Shown here piece by piece: positions 1 through 11,500 of a stretch of 24,198 nucleotides of DNA. Source of the DNA: a virus (lineage: Duplodnaviria > Caudoviricetes); IMG/VR virus record IMGVR_UViG_3300032302_000052, positions 1 through 24,198 of that record; one strand, 5' to 3'. Numbering within the stretch: the stretch's first letter is position 1; each line of letters starts with the position of its first letter. Both the position numbers and the translations under genes were made by a program. The notes beneath the pieces were generated by a model. It worked only from the letters and a program-made list of their open reading frames with translations. It had not been told where the DNA came from and did not search any database.

Positions 1-1587
1 AAAAACATAGTTCGGATATTCCTTGACCGTTGACCCAATGCGACTGCCCACATCGAAGTGCAGTCCGGGGAGGATCCACCGGGTGCCCTTCATTGTCATG
101 GTGTGCGAGGTTTGCGAGCGGGTAGCAAGGAACCCGCCGCGGAGCGCGGCCAAGGCCGACAAGCTCCACGCATTAGCCTCTGCGCCCTGCTGATAAATCT
201 CCCACAAGTGAACCCACCCCAAGGCTTTTGCCCTGGACACGTTCTTGTGCTGAACCCAAGCCAATATCGTGCCTCGCAGGAAGGGCATAATCACATCCGC
301 GGCTATGCTCCCCGCGGAACTGAAGCCCACCAGTAGGAAATATCCCAGGACATTTCCCACGGTTTCAATAATCAATTTTGCTATGGCATCCGCGGCTGGG
401 TTGTCCCCTCCCACCACCACCGTCACCGCGGTTGACGGACTCCACGTTAGCTCCGATGTGGAAACTTCAGTCCACTTGTTATCGCGGATGATTAGCCACG
501 GTGCCACCGCGAGGCTGCCCAGGAAGCCCGGACCCCAGTACGGGTCAAGATAACCAAGACCGCCATCAAGCTGTGGCTTATAGAAGCTGGAATCATCCTT
601 GAAAAGTCCGACTAGATCCTCGATGAATCCACCGGCATACGTCGCCACTGACCGAACCAGTCCATCGGCGGCAGTCCCCTCAAGGAAAGTTCCATGAAGC
701 TGGTTGTGGTATCCACTGTCGTCCACTAGTTCAAAAACGAGCGCACCGTTAGCGGGGGTAACCCCGAAAGGTAGTGTCTCCGTTTCGCCAAGGTCGCTGA
801 AAACCCTTCTGTACCTCAGGGTCAGCTGACTATCATCGAGAGCGTCAGCGATCACCGAATCGACCGGGTTCATCCTTGATGCAAGCAATACCCACAAGCT
901 ACTGTCATCGAGGCTGAACGGCTTACATTTAATATGTACCTGCCAGTCCGACCAATCCCAAGCATCATCCCAGGATTCAAAATCAAATGGGTCATCCGGA
1001 AGCGACCACAGATTTCCCTCCACACGAATTAGATTCAGCAAAATCATAACCGATATTGCCCATTTCGCAGGCCCGACCAGCGTAAATACGCGTGGAAATT
1101 GAAAGACGTTGACTGGCAGCCCAGGATTGGGAGGGCATAACAAATATTGAAGGAATTGAAGATCATCATTGAAAGTCAATTCGTGGTAGCGAATAAACTC
1201 CTCGTTGACCTTAATGGAATGGCTGCTCAGTATTCCACTCCAACGCTTTTCACCACCATAGAAATCAACGGTAATGACGATGTTCTTCCGCAACTCCTGC
1301 GACATGACCACATCTCTGATGAACTCAGATATGTAGTGATCGGTGCGGATCTCCAACACTCCCTGCGTTGACTCGTTCTTGCGGAACGGAAACGAAGCCC
1401 GGATCGTATCGTGATAATCAATGCGGCCAACATACTCAAGCCCAGGGGTCTTGCCATCATCCTTGTTCTTCCAAATCCGAATGTACGGCTTCTGCTTGCG
1501 CCTGGTGAGCAGATCCTCCCGCCATGCCTCGCACTGTTCCTGGGTGTTATTGATGATTGCCAACAGGTTGGCATCTGCAATTGTCAC
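1..1587 (-). CDS. Minor tail protein (baseplate hub / mycobacteriophage L5 gp28-like), runs off the left edge
   Basis: Not in the ORF track. GTG at 1587 overlaps the upstream TGA (GTGA). Hand translation gives MTIADANLLAIINNTQEQCEAWREDLLTRRKQKPYIRIW...VDFYGGEKRWSGIL...GWVHLWEIYQQGAEANAWSLSALAALRGGF...HFDVGSRIGSTVKEYPNYVF. No stops in the portions checked. Second gene after the TMP. Confidence 0.85.
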   Translation of the reverse strand, partial: MTIADANLLAIINNTQEQCEAWREDLLTRRKQKPYIRIWKNKDDGKTPGLEYVGRIDYHDTIRASFPFRKNESTQGVLEIRTDHYISEFIRDVVMSQELRKNIVITVDFYGGEKRWSGILSSHSIKVNEEFIRYHELTFNDDLQFLQYLLCPPNPGLPVNVFQFPRVFTLVGPAKWAISVMILLNLIRVEGNLWSLPDDPFDFESWDDAWDWSDWQVHIKCKPFSLDDSSLWVLLASRMNPVDSVIADALDDSQLTLRYRRVFSDLGETETLPFGVTPANGALVFELVDDSGYHNQLHGTFLEGTAADGLVRSVATYAGGFIEDLVGLFKDDSSFYKPQLDGGLGYLDPYWGPGFLGSLAVAPWLIIRDNKWTEVSTSELTWSPSTAVTVVVGGDNPAADAIAKLIIETVGNVLGYFLLVGFSSAGSIAADVIMPFLRGTILAWVQHKNVSRAKALGWVHLWEIYQQGAEANAWSLSALAALRGGFLATRSQTSHTMTMKGTRWILPGLHFDVGSRIGSTVKEYPNYVF

Positions 1588-2507
1588 GGTAACGGCCTTC
1601 CCCACGGTCTGCTAAACCACTTGGGTATCTCTAGTCGAAGTGCAGCACCGGCTGAGTTAGTAATGTCCTTAACCGATATCGGGATTGAATCCGTAGCCCC
1701 AGGTGCCAGCGGATACAGCAAGTCGTTGCCCTTCCAGCGACCCTGAACATTGGACATGTTTGACGACAAGATCGTCTGTTTACGCGGGTCCGAATCGACC
1801 ACCACGTTTTCATAGACAGTCAGGGCCGGAAGGTCAACGGTTCTCTGAGCGTCCTCATACGCTCTCGCATAGTCTGAGTTCCCCCAACTAAAGTCGGGAA
1901 GAGTCCAGGTGGCCCCACCGGTTAAAGTCCACTTCGGCCACACCGGAACATCCGACTCGTTGACGATATCTATGGTGGTGGAACCAGAAGTCTGCCCCGT
2001 AAGCGACCACTCATACACATCTGTTTCCCCGATGTAGAAGGGCAACTCAGCGGCCACCGTCATCACTACCGTCGAGTCACATATGAGGAACGGAGACTTT
2101 CCGTTATCGCTCTCCCCCTCGTAACTCTTCGGCTCCTCAAGCAGCCGCACATTGATCCATCGGATTCCCGCAGAAGTGGTGTAGGCGATTTTCGTTTCTT
2201 TCACATAATCAAATGCCGAACGCCATTCACTGTCCACCGTCATCCAGGTTTCGGGATCCTGCGCGAAGGTCTGGACCGCGAAAATAATGTCGCGGCGTTC
2301 CCACCGGTACCCCTGAGCTTCCTGCCCAAACGCGCCAGGAAGCCACTGCGTCTTTACCGGAGCATCAATGGCACCGGTCAGCCTCGGGTTCAAGGTAACC
2401 CCGGCCTCTTCGGGGATATCCGGACCGGAGATATACCAGTACGAACCGTCGCACCCGTAGACCTCGATCTTGTTGGAGTAGTACCCGGAGCTAAGGAAGT
2501 CATTCAT
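1584..2507 (-). CDS. Minor tail protein (distal tail / Dit-like)
   Basis: 307 aa, directly after the TMP with TAATG overlap. Motifs 'IEVYGCDGSYWYISGP', 'NESDVPVWPKWTL', 'WTLPDFSW', 'VVVDSDPR' and terminal 'WFSRPWG' are typical of the first post-TMP minor tail protein of mycobacteriophages. Confidence 0.88.
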   Translation of the reverse strand: MNDFLSSGYYSNKIEVYGCDGSYWYISGPDIPEEAGVTLNPRLTGAIDAPVKTQWLPGAFGQEAQGYRWERRDIIFAVQTFAQDPETWMTVDSEWRSAFDYVKETKIAYTTSAGIRWINVRLLEEPKSYEGESDNGKSPFLICDSTVVMTVAAELPFYIGETDVYEWSLTGQTSGSTTIDIVNESDVPVWPKWTLTGGATWTLPDFSWGNSDYARAYEDAQRTVDLPALTVYENVVVDSDPRKQTILSSNMSNVQGRWKGNDLLYPLAPGATDSIPISVKDITNSAGAALRLEIPKWFSRPWGRPLP

Positions 2508-5500
2508 TACTTGTTCACCCGATTAAAGAACGGAGCGGCTTTCTGGGCATCCTTGCGGTCCTTGAGCCTGCTGTATTCGGACAGGTTGTTGGTCACAACA
2601 TTCCCGTTGTGGATGGACTGGAAGTTATTCATCGCCGCCCCCGGCTGCTGCTGCGGGAGGAGCGGGGCACCATAGCCCTGCCCGGTATCGGACGGGGTGA
2701 CCGTCCCCACGAGCAGCGAGGAGATGACGTTCGCTGCGCCGACTGCTACTTGACCGGCCATCTGGAATCCGGCACTGGTAATGGCGGATGCTGCTTGACC
2801 GGCTCCGGGGATCGGGGCACCACCGGTAATTCCCGCCGATGCCCCTGCACCGGCAGCACCCGCTATCGCGGACACGATCCCCCCAACCGTGTTGAAGCCG
2901 CCCATGATGCCAGCGGCCAAAGCCGGATTGATATGGCTATCGCTAGTCGGTGCGGCACCCAAGGTGGCCCTTGGATCCTTCGACCGCGGCTGCCGTGCGG
3001 AAGCCGAACCCCCACTGCCGCCGCCCTTCGGGGAAAGCAACACACTGCCCAGGCTGGCCGGGGTTATATCGTCCAGGTTCTTGAATGCTTGAGGATCGGA
3101 ACTACCCGAATCCGGGCTTTTAGTGGTGGGGAACAGCGGCTTCTGCACTGCATCAGCCACCTTCTTCAGATCGACGTTGGCACCAAGTGCCGTTCCAGCT
3201 AACAACCCCTCCGTGGGATCGGGCAGCGGCGGCGGATCAATATTCAACGGAGGCTGAATGATCGGTGCCAACGGCGGCGGCACCAAACCGCCAACCTCAT
3301 ACCTGTTCATGGCGTGCAGACGATCCGCACCCCAATGCCTAGTCGCCGCCGCATTCATAACGAACTCGCCGTTAGAGAGCATCGCCGGGATCATGTCGGA
3401 CTTGGGTCCACCGGGACCGGTGACGTGACCACCAGCCGCATAGTTCAAGGCATGAAGGGCTGGCATATCGCGGAATTCGGAATACGGCGGAAGCAAGTTA
3501 TTTTCACTCTGTGGGCTTACCAAGTTTATCCACGCAGGTTCGCCATTGCGGGTTTTCCCCAAGGGCCGCATCAAAGCTTCCAGTTCCTTAAGGCCAACTT
3601 TAGCAATGGCATCTGGCATTGCAGATTTATCAAACTTGGCAGTGCCCCAGAATTTAGTTTTCCTGGGAACCGGCCTGCCGCTCATCGCCTCCATTTTTGC
3701 GGCGACCGTTTCGTAATACCGATCCATTTCACCATTACCGGCAACACCGGCAGCCTCACGAATATCCATTTGGCCCCACGGCAAATATTGTAACCCGTCC
3801 TCCACGAGAACCTCGTTCTCGTGACCACCAAACCAAATAGCTTTCGCGCCTGGTGGAACCAATGTTTGCTGCATAATAGGTCTACCCTGGAACGGGTTGG
3901 CCCCCGAATTGCCACCCCTCATCCGCCATTCAAACCCTCTACCGGTCTGAACTTGCTTACTGGCAATTCCACCAGAAAAGGAAGAGAAACTTGGATTCGC
4001 TGGAAGCAATTTACCAACCAGCGATTGCGGATCACTTAAGTCCACGTCGGGACCGAAATCCTCAACCATACGCGTCATCCAGAAGCCCCGCTCAAGGGGA
4101 GGAACTTGATCGAACGCGCTGCGAATTATTTCAGCCTGTTGAAGCTTCTCTTTGACCGTTGCAGCCTTTATCCTAGAAGCTCCTAGATGTTCGACAAACC
4201 AGGCATCCCAAAGTTGTTTTTCAGTAATGTACGGCTTCTGCTGACGAAGAATACTAATAACGTCTCTGGCTGGTAAATTTTGATTTTCATTGATAATTCG
4301 TAGTATTTCACCGGGCTTGGAATCGGTAAATCTACCGGTCGGACCGGCCACGCCGGGACGTAGACCTTCGCTCATTTGAGGGCGAATAGCAAGTAGCTCT
4401 TCTAAAATCCTCGCCCTCAGCGGAAGCCCATCCGCACCGCGAATAGCTTTATTTACCCACGAGCTACCAGAATAGGCGATAAGCTCACGCATCTGGTTAG
4501 TATCAAACGGGGATCCATATGGCCGATTATTGGGAACTTTTGAAATCATTCCCAATGGATGGCCTTGCGCGTTAACCCCGTTGTCCCCTACGAGCTTGTA
4601 GGGATCCCAACCCATCCTTCCCTCTTCCACGGAAAATGGGTAGATATCGTCAAATGCTGTGGCAAACGAATCCCAACTTAGGGCACCCGGTGTTCTGCCG
4701 GGGGTTGGTGGCTTCGGCCCTCGCTTCGGGTCCGGGGCACCGCGTAAAAAGCCAAAACGGGGACCGTCGCTAAAGGCGTTTAGAAATGTCGGATTCTGTT
4801 CTTGATCTAATTCCTTTTGATACTTTTTCTTGAGCTTGATCCCACTAATAAAAGATCCAATTGACGATAAAGTCGGGTCAAAAAGAGGAGCGGCTTTTGC
4901 TGACTGTTCCGCAATACCTCGCATATTTACGCCACGTTCGGCCAACTGCTGCCGCATAACATTAAATACGGCCTGGGAACCTGGCGTTGCCGCAGATCCA
5001 TTTGATGCAACATCTTGAAACGCTTCGGCCAATGCCTCTGATCGTTTAACGCTTCTGATGGCCCAATCGTCAACGCCCGTTGGATTGAACACGAAACGAC
5101 TTCCGGGGATGCCGTCCTTCCACCCCTTCTTAACTGGTGCCAAATTGAGGCCGGTGTATTTTGCAATATGCGCGGCCATTCCCCACCGTTGGGGTTGTGT
5201 GATCGCCTGGGTAATGAAGTTATGGAAACCAACACTTCCCAAACCCATGAAATCCATAAGTTTGTCCATGTCGCCGGGGCCGACGTTGCTGATTTTTCCT
5301 AACTCATCGCCCCCTTTATAGCTGTACTTACTTAAAGCCGAACGAACAAACCTTGCATAACCAGAGGGATTGCTATGGGCAAACTTAGCCATGTAGCCCT
5401 GATCCCACAGATTGCTAACGGTTTCGTCGTATTGGCCCCTAAGCTGATCGTCTAAAAGCTCACTGAACCTTTTATCCGTTAACGGCTTTAATCCATCGGG

Positions 5501-8500
5501 TGTTAGTTTCCCGATTGGGTTCATTCCTTTTTGCCAAAAGTCGCCCCACATGTATAGCTGGTTGTAGTAGTCATTTATCTGCTCTATTGAGGTAAGGCCG
5601 GTGGGACGGCGACCTGTACCTAGAGAACTATTGAGGGGAATGCCTAAATCGTTAACAATTTCTTTGTAACTACTGTCTACTTCCCTTAGGTGCATCATGT
5701 CTAAAATATGCCCATACTCGTGGGCAATTGTACCGAATACTGCACCCTTGCGCGATTTGGGATGCCAACCGGCATATTCAGAAGCAATTGCATCTGCGTC
5801 AAACTGGGCACGGCTTTTTTTGCTGAACTGCGCTGGGTTTAAGCTTATTGTTCCGGACAATTCTCCGGTCCTTGCCGATACCCCAAGACCGGCATTCGCT
5901 AATTCATCAGCGGTTTGAAATTCGCCACCAACCCGAACCCTACCTATTTTTGTAGGGGCCATGGATTGCAGTTCCGCTACCGCTGCCTTAATTTCTTTTC
6001 TCATCGAACGCGGCGCAAGGGAAAGGTCGAAGTCTATTCCCCGCGTATTTTTTCTTATCCAAGCGGCTCGTTGGGCGGCGGCTATCGCACCGCGGCGGGG
6101 GGCCTTGGTTCCCGCAGTAGGAACCTTCGCCATCGCATCGCCAGATTCTGACCTCTTACTGGCAAGACCTTTGGTTGGCCCCTTCGGTAGGACAGTAGGA
6201 TCCGGTAGGACAATGGGTTCCCAGCTTGGCCCAACCCAGGTCGTCGGTTTCGGAAAAGGTGGGACTTCTTCGGCAGTTGGCCGCAGACCCAACCGGGCAT
6301 CCCTGGCTTCCTTACGGGCCTTCTGCTTCGCTCGCTCCTCCTCGATGACCAAGCGGCGAGCCATCTGGGTGTTAATGAATGGTTTTACCATTCCCTTGAA
6401 GGCCCCAAAGATTTTGTCCGATGAAGCCTTGTCTAGCCAGCCCTGGCCGATAAGTCCCTGTGTGATTTCGGTGCGCCCGGTATAGTCCGCATCGGCAATC
6501 TTCGGGATTTTTACGCCGCGCTGAGAAAGCTGTTGCTGCAAGACGTTGTAAACGGTTTTGTGGCCGCGCTCAGCTTTCGCCCCCCTGGACATTACATCGC
6601 TAAACGCCTCCGCAATTGACTCACTGCGTTCAATTGAGTTTATTGCCCATTCAGCAGGGTTGAGTTTCTTAGTACCCTTATCTCCAAATGTAACTCTGTT
6701 TGAAGGCGTTGGAATATAACCAAACATGGTTTCAAAGGATTTGGCAATAGGGCTTTCCGGACCCCCAACTATTATGGAGGTAACCAGATCCTGAATGGTG
6801 CCTCTGAACTTTTTACCGTCGAGTCCAGTCTCTTTTCTATAAATTTGCGATTGGCCTTGTCGCAAACCGGAAAGTAGCTCCATATCCCTGCCGATTTTGT
6901 AGCTATAGCCACTTAATCTGCTGCGGATAAACTTTGCATACTCTTTTGCAGAGTAAGCACCGGAGTAACCCATCTGGTCAACCCTGGCATCAGTAACATC
7001 GGCAAACTGATCGCCAAACTTTCCATCCAGAAGTTCCCTGTAGCGTTTATCGCTCAAGGATCTTCTATCAGTAATTGATCTGGTTTCTGCCCGATACCCG
7101 TCAATACCGTATGGGTCGATTGAATCCCTCACATTAGCAAAACTGTTCTGACCCCTCAGCATTGCCCTGTATCTCTTGAGGGGGTTTCCGAATTCGGGTA
7201 TATCATTTATGTACTGAAGGAATGGCCTGTTTGCCTCACCCGGCCAGAGGTGCATCATGTCAAGGGCGTGACCATACTCATGCGCTAACGTATGGAAAAA
7301 TCCACTCTTAGTTCCAGGGTCCGGATGGAAAGCCCGCCACGGACCAAAGGGGTCGGCGTGCATCTTGGCATCTTTAGTGTTTTGATAAACAGATTTGAAC
7401 TGATCCGGGTTTATCATTATGCGCCCACCGACCTTGCCGGTGCTGGCCCTTACGCCAAGGTTCGTATAGGCAATAGTATTATTGTCGCCACCAGTGCGGG
7501 ATCCCGCTAAATCCCAGTCGGCAACCACCTCGTGCATTTTTGTGGGAGCCACCGACTGAAGGTAGGCCATCGACGCTTTGATTTCCTGCTGCGCCGCCTT
7601 AGGGATCCCGGCCAGCTTGAAATCAATTCCCTTTGTATTCTTCTTTACCCAAGCCGCCTGAGTTCGCCGCATCTTATACGGATCGAACGCGGTTGGAATT
7701 TCAATATCGGTACCGGGAATTAACGCATTTTCGCCCGGTACTGAAACTTGGCGGGGGCCGGGTGAAATGGATTTAAGCCCTGACCTAACCACATCTTTTG
7801 CAGCGGTCGCGGTAGCTGCTCTGGCAGTCCTAAACGCGGCACCACCGGGGAAGAATGCGGTAAGTAAATCGAAGGCCGTCGCCCCTGCTGTCGATCCCCC
7901 ATTTTCCTTGTATTCGTCATAGCGGGTAACCCCCTTGAGCAAGTTCTTATACGCATCGCGGGTACCGGATGGGATGCCCTCATCGCCAATGCGCCGCCGC
8001 GGTTCGTAGTTGATTCCCAGTGCGTCGTTTACGACATTTCCCGCGCCTACGAGGGGAGCCGCCGCGGAAGCCATCGCCTTCCACGATTCAGCAACACCGG
8101 GCGCTTTATAATCCTTGATGCTGAGGTCGGGAATGCCACGAAGCTCAGACTCTTTGCGCTTCAAGTTGTTCAGCAGGTCACCCGCCCCGACCAGCGGGGC
8201 CGCACCAGTTACAAGCTGATCGGCGGCACCGAAAAACTTACCCATGGTGGAGTAGGCGAACTGGCCGGTATCTTGCCAAACCTCTTTGGCATGATCCAAC
8301 GTGCCGGGGGCCGAACCCAAATATGAACCGCCACCGCCGTCCATCCCCGCGGCCCTTGTCTGGAAGGCGTCCCGCAGCATCGCCTTCTGCTGATTCGGGT
8401 CGGTCGGTATGACCGGTCCACCGGGTGCGTAGCGACGAATCAGACCACCGCGAGCATGTCCGCCAACAGTGCCGCTCATTTCCCCCATAAGGATTTCCAG

Positions 8501-11500
8501 CGGTCCGCGGGTGTCAATGGCTGGGGTTCGATCAGCGTGATTCAGAACGCCGTCGTCCTTCATGTTTGCGCCGTTGGCGATCCCGTCGCGTAACGATTCC
8601 TGGGTGTGCTTATCCCGCCTCCGCTCAATAGCGCCCAGTGCAAGTTGCTGACCCCACGGCAGCGGTGGCGGGGTGGGATTGGGGTTGGGGGGCAGGCCCG
8701 GTCCGGAACCCACCCACGTTGGCATACCGCCACCGGACAGGCGATTCAGATAGTCCTGCGCGTATGGATTTGGTGCGGCACCAATCCATGCTCCATCCCC
8801 TGGGAGTTGGCGTGGTTGCTGGATTACCCCAGCTAGGTCGGGATAGGTTCCGGTTTTCGGATCGTAATTAACATCTGGAATGTCGATCCAGGTTCCACCA
8901 GATGCGGTGGCTAATCCTCCACCGGAGTAGCAGTTCATCGCATTAAGGCGATCCGCACCGATACTCTTTACCGCATCGGCACGCATAACGAACTCACCAG
9001 CCGACAACATCGCCGGGATCGAGTCGGACGTTCCAGTACCCGGTCCTTTTACCATCCCGCCCCTAGCGAACTTCGCCAACCCGCCGCGGGAGTACCAGTT
9101 CTGATCGAACGGTGCCCGAGTCGGATGCTGCCAGAACATCCATGCGCCAGTCGGTGTCCCGTAGTTCTGCTTGATGTACTTCATCCCCGCGACCGACTGC
9201 ATATACGGGTCGTCGCTGGGTTGCATTCCTACGGAACCCCAAGTGCTGGAAAGGAACTGGAAGATTCCTCGCGCATCAGAGTTAGGTCCACCGGTTGGGC
9301 GGGTCGGATCGTAGGTGTCGTTCTCGTGATTGAGAAGCTGAATTAGCGAAGGCCATTCAGAGTCCGGGTAACCGGCTTCCTTGAACGCTTTGTAGATAGC
9401 GTTATGTGTTTCTGGTGTGCCACCGGAGTAGGCGGCGGGTGGGGCAATTAAAGAACCGCCGTTGCCACCCGAAGGTCGCGGTAGAACCGTTGGGCCATTG
9501 CCGGTGCCGGGAACAGTAACTACCGGGCTGAACCTTTCAGGGTTCTGCTGAACCCCTGCGCGTAGTTTCGCCGCGGTGTCTTTCTGCCCGATACTGTCGA
9601 AGTAAGCAGCCGCTGACTCTGCGCTCTTGGCCGCTTCTTGCCCCTGGAACTGCTTGAGGTAGTTTTCCTTCCCGGCACGAATCTTGTCGGCCATCTCCTT
9701 GCCGGTGGGCGTACCCAACGCGTCATACTGAGCGATCTGGGCATCAAGACCCGCAACAAGTTCTTGGTCTGGTTCTGGAACATCCGTGACCTGTGGGCCA
9801 ATCGGCTTCCTATCACCCAATGCAAACAGGGCATCGACAAAACCAGAACCATCAATCCCGAAGAACGAGAAGATCCCGTTGAGGATCGCCGCACCGATTT
9901 GCTTCAGAATGTAGATCGGATCAAACGGGATAGCGCCGAACGGACCGGGAATGGTTCCCGGCACACTGTCGGGTGAAGCGATTTGAACGTCACCCTTCGG
10001 GGTGCTAGCTGCGGGGCCGGTAACAACTGGTGGCGGTGCCGGGATCGCGGTCGGCCCTGTAACCGGAATGGTCCCGATACCAACGGGCGCACCGGCACCG
10101 GACTGTGAAAACGCCCCCAGGGGAACGCCTTCTAAGGCGAGGTGGACATGATCCCTATGCTTCGGGAAGTTTCCTCCATATACGTCCCAGGCGGCTTTTC
10201 CTACAAGAGCAACTCCATGATGGATGGCAAATACTTCACCAGTCTTGGGGTCTTGATAGATAAGCTGACGTGTTGCCGCAACCTTCTGCGGATCAGCCAT
10301 CCAGCTTTTAACGAAGTTGCTGATAGACCCGTTCGCGGCCTGATCCGAGTCTCCGATATCGAGTGCCCGGTCAACGGAATGCTGCGCACCATCGTCGGGG
10401 TGAGTGTTGATACCAAGTTGTTTCGCAATGTCTCCCGCGCCGGGACCAGCCGGTCCGGAGTTTGCAGTCAACCCATTCGCGGTGGCAACCTGAACCAGAT
10501 AGTTCAAGATATTCGCATCAGGATTGATTTCCGCTTTAGCCGCCCTAGAAGCATCAGTTCCAATGAAGCCCGGATAGCTGATCGTGTCCGGTAGGGCACC
10601 GTTGCCGCCGAACTTCGGGATGTAAAGGGTTCCACCACCGATGTTCGCACCAATACCCTTGGGTGCCGGTGGCGGCGGCGTAGGCGGGGTATATGGACGT
10701 TCTACCGGTGCGGAATCAACCGGATCTGTTCTTACTGGCGGGGCAATAGGTTCCGGAATCTTGTATGGCCCATAACCGTTTTCGGCTGCATCCGGCCTAC
10801 GCGAGTCGCCGGGAACCATCCCCACCGGATCCGGAGAGATAAGGTTCTTAAACCAGTCCCAAGCGTTTCCAATAATGCTCCCACTGCCGCTATCGCCGGG
10901 AGATCCGCCGCCTTCAAACCCGCGCACAAGACCGCCATTGGCATACTTGTTCATCGCGTGCAGCTTCTCGTGACCAATCAGCGAGGCGGACCTAGCGTTG
11001 ATAACGAACTCGCCATTGCTGAGCATGGCGGGAATGCTGTCCGACGTAGCGGTACCGGCACCCCACACCGGACCGCCCATGGCGTATCCGTTGAAATACT
11101 GACGACCATGCTCCGCGTCAATGGAAATAACCGCACCATTTGGGAACCTGCGCTCAACACTGATGCCCTTGTCGTTAGCGCCATCCGTCCAGCCCTTGAC
11201 AACCTCATCCGGATACCGGTCAACCTCAATGGTTGCGGAACCGTCAGGGTTAAGGATTGCTCCATGCGCCCCAAGCACGAACGGGCCAAAAGCCCTGCTG
11301 CCCTTCTTGTTCAATCCCTTTTGAGGAATTACTTGGGCGTTCTCAAAAAGTTTCTGCCCCTGGCTGTAGGCTTCGTTGCCGATGCTGCGTTCCGCACCGG
11401 TCGCCAGCGAAAGGCCACGAAGTCCCCCGTAGGGTCCGGACCTTGGCAGCTGCTCCTGCGCGGCACCAAGATCATTGGGTGCGGTACCCGCCACCACTGC

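Noticed and set aside
1227-1580. 117-aa minus-strand ORF in the track
   Set aside because: Wrong frame; the real gene starts at 1587 and runs off the window.
4922-7670. Assembly artefact duplication
   Set aside because: The two protease units are strongly diverged in sequence and inserts, and the frame stays intact.
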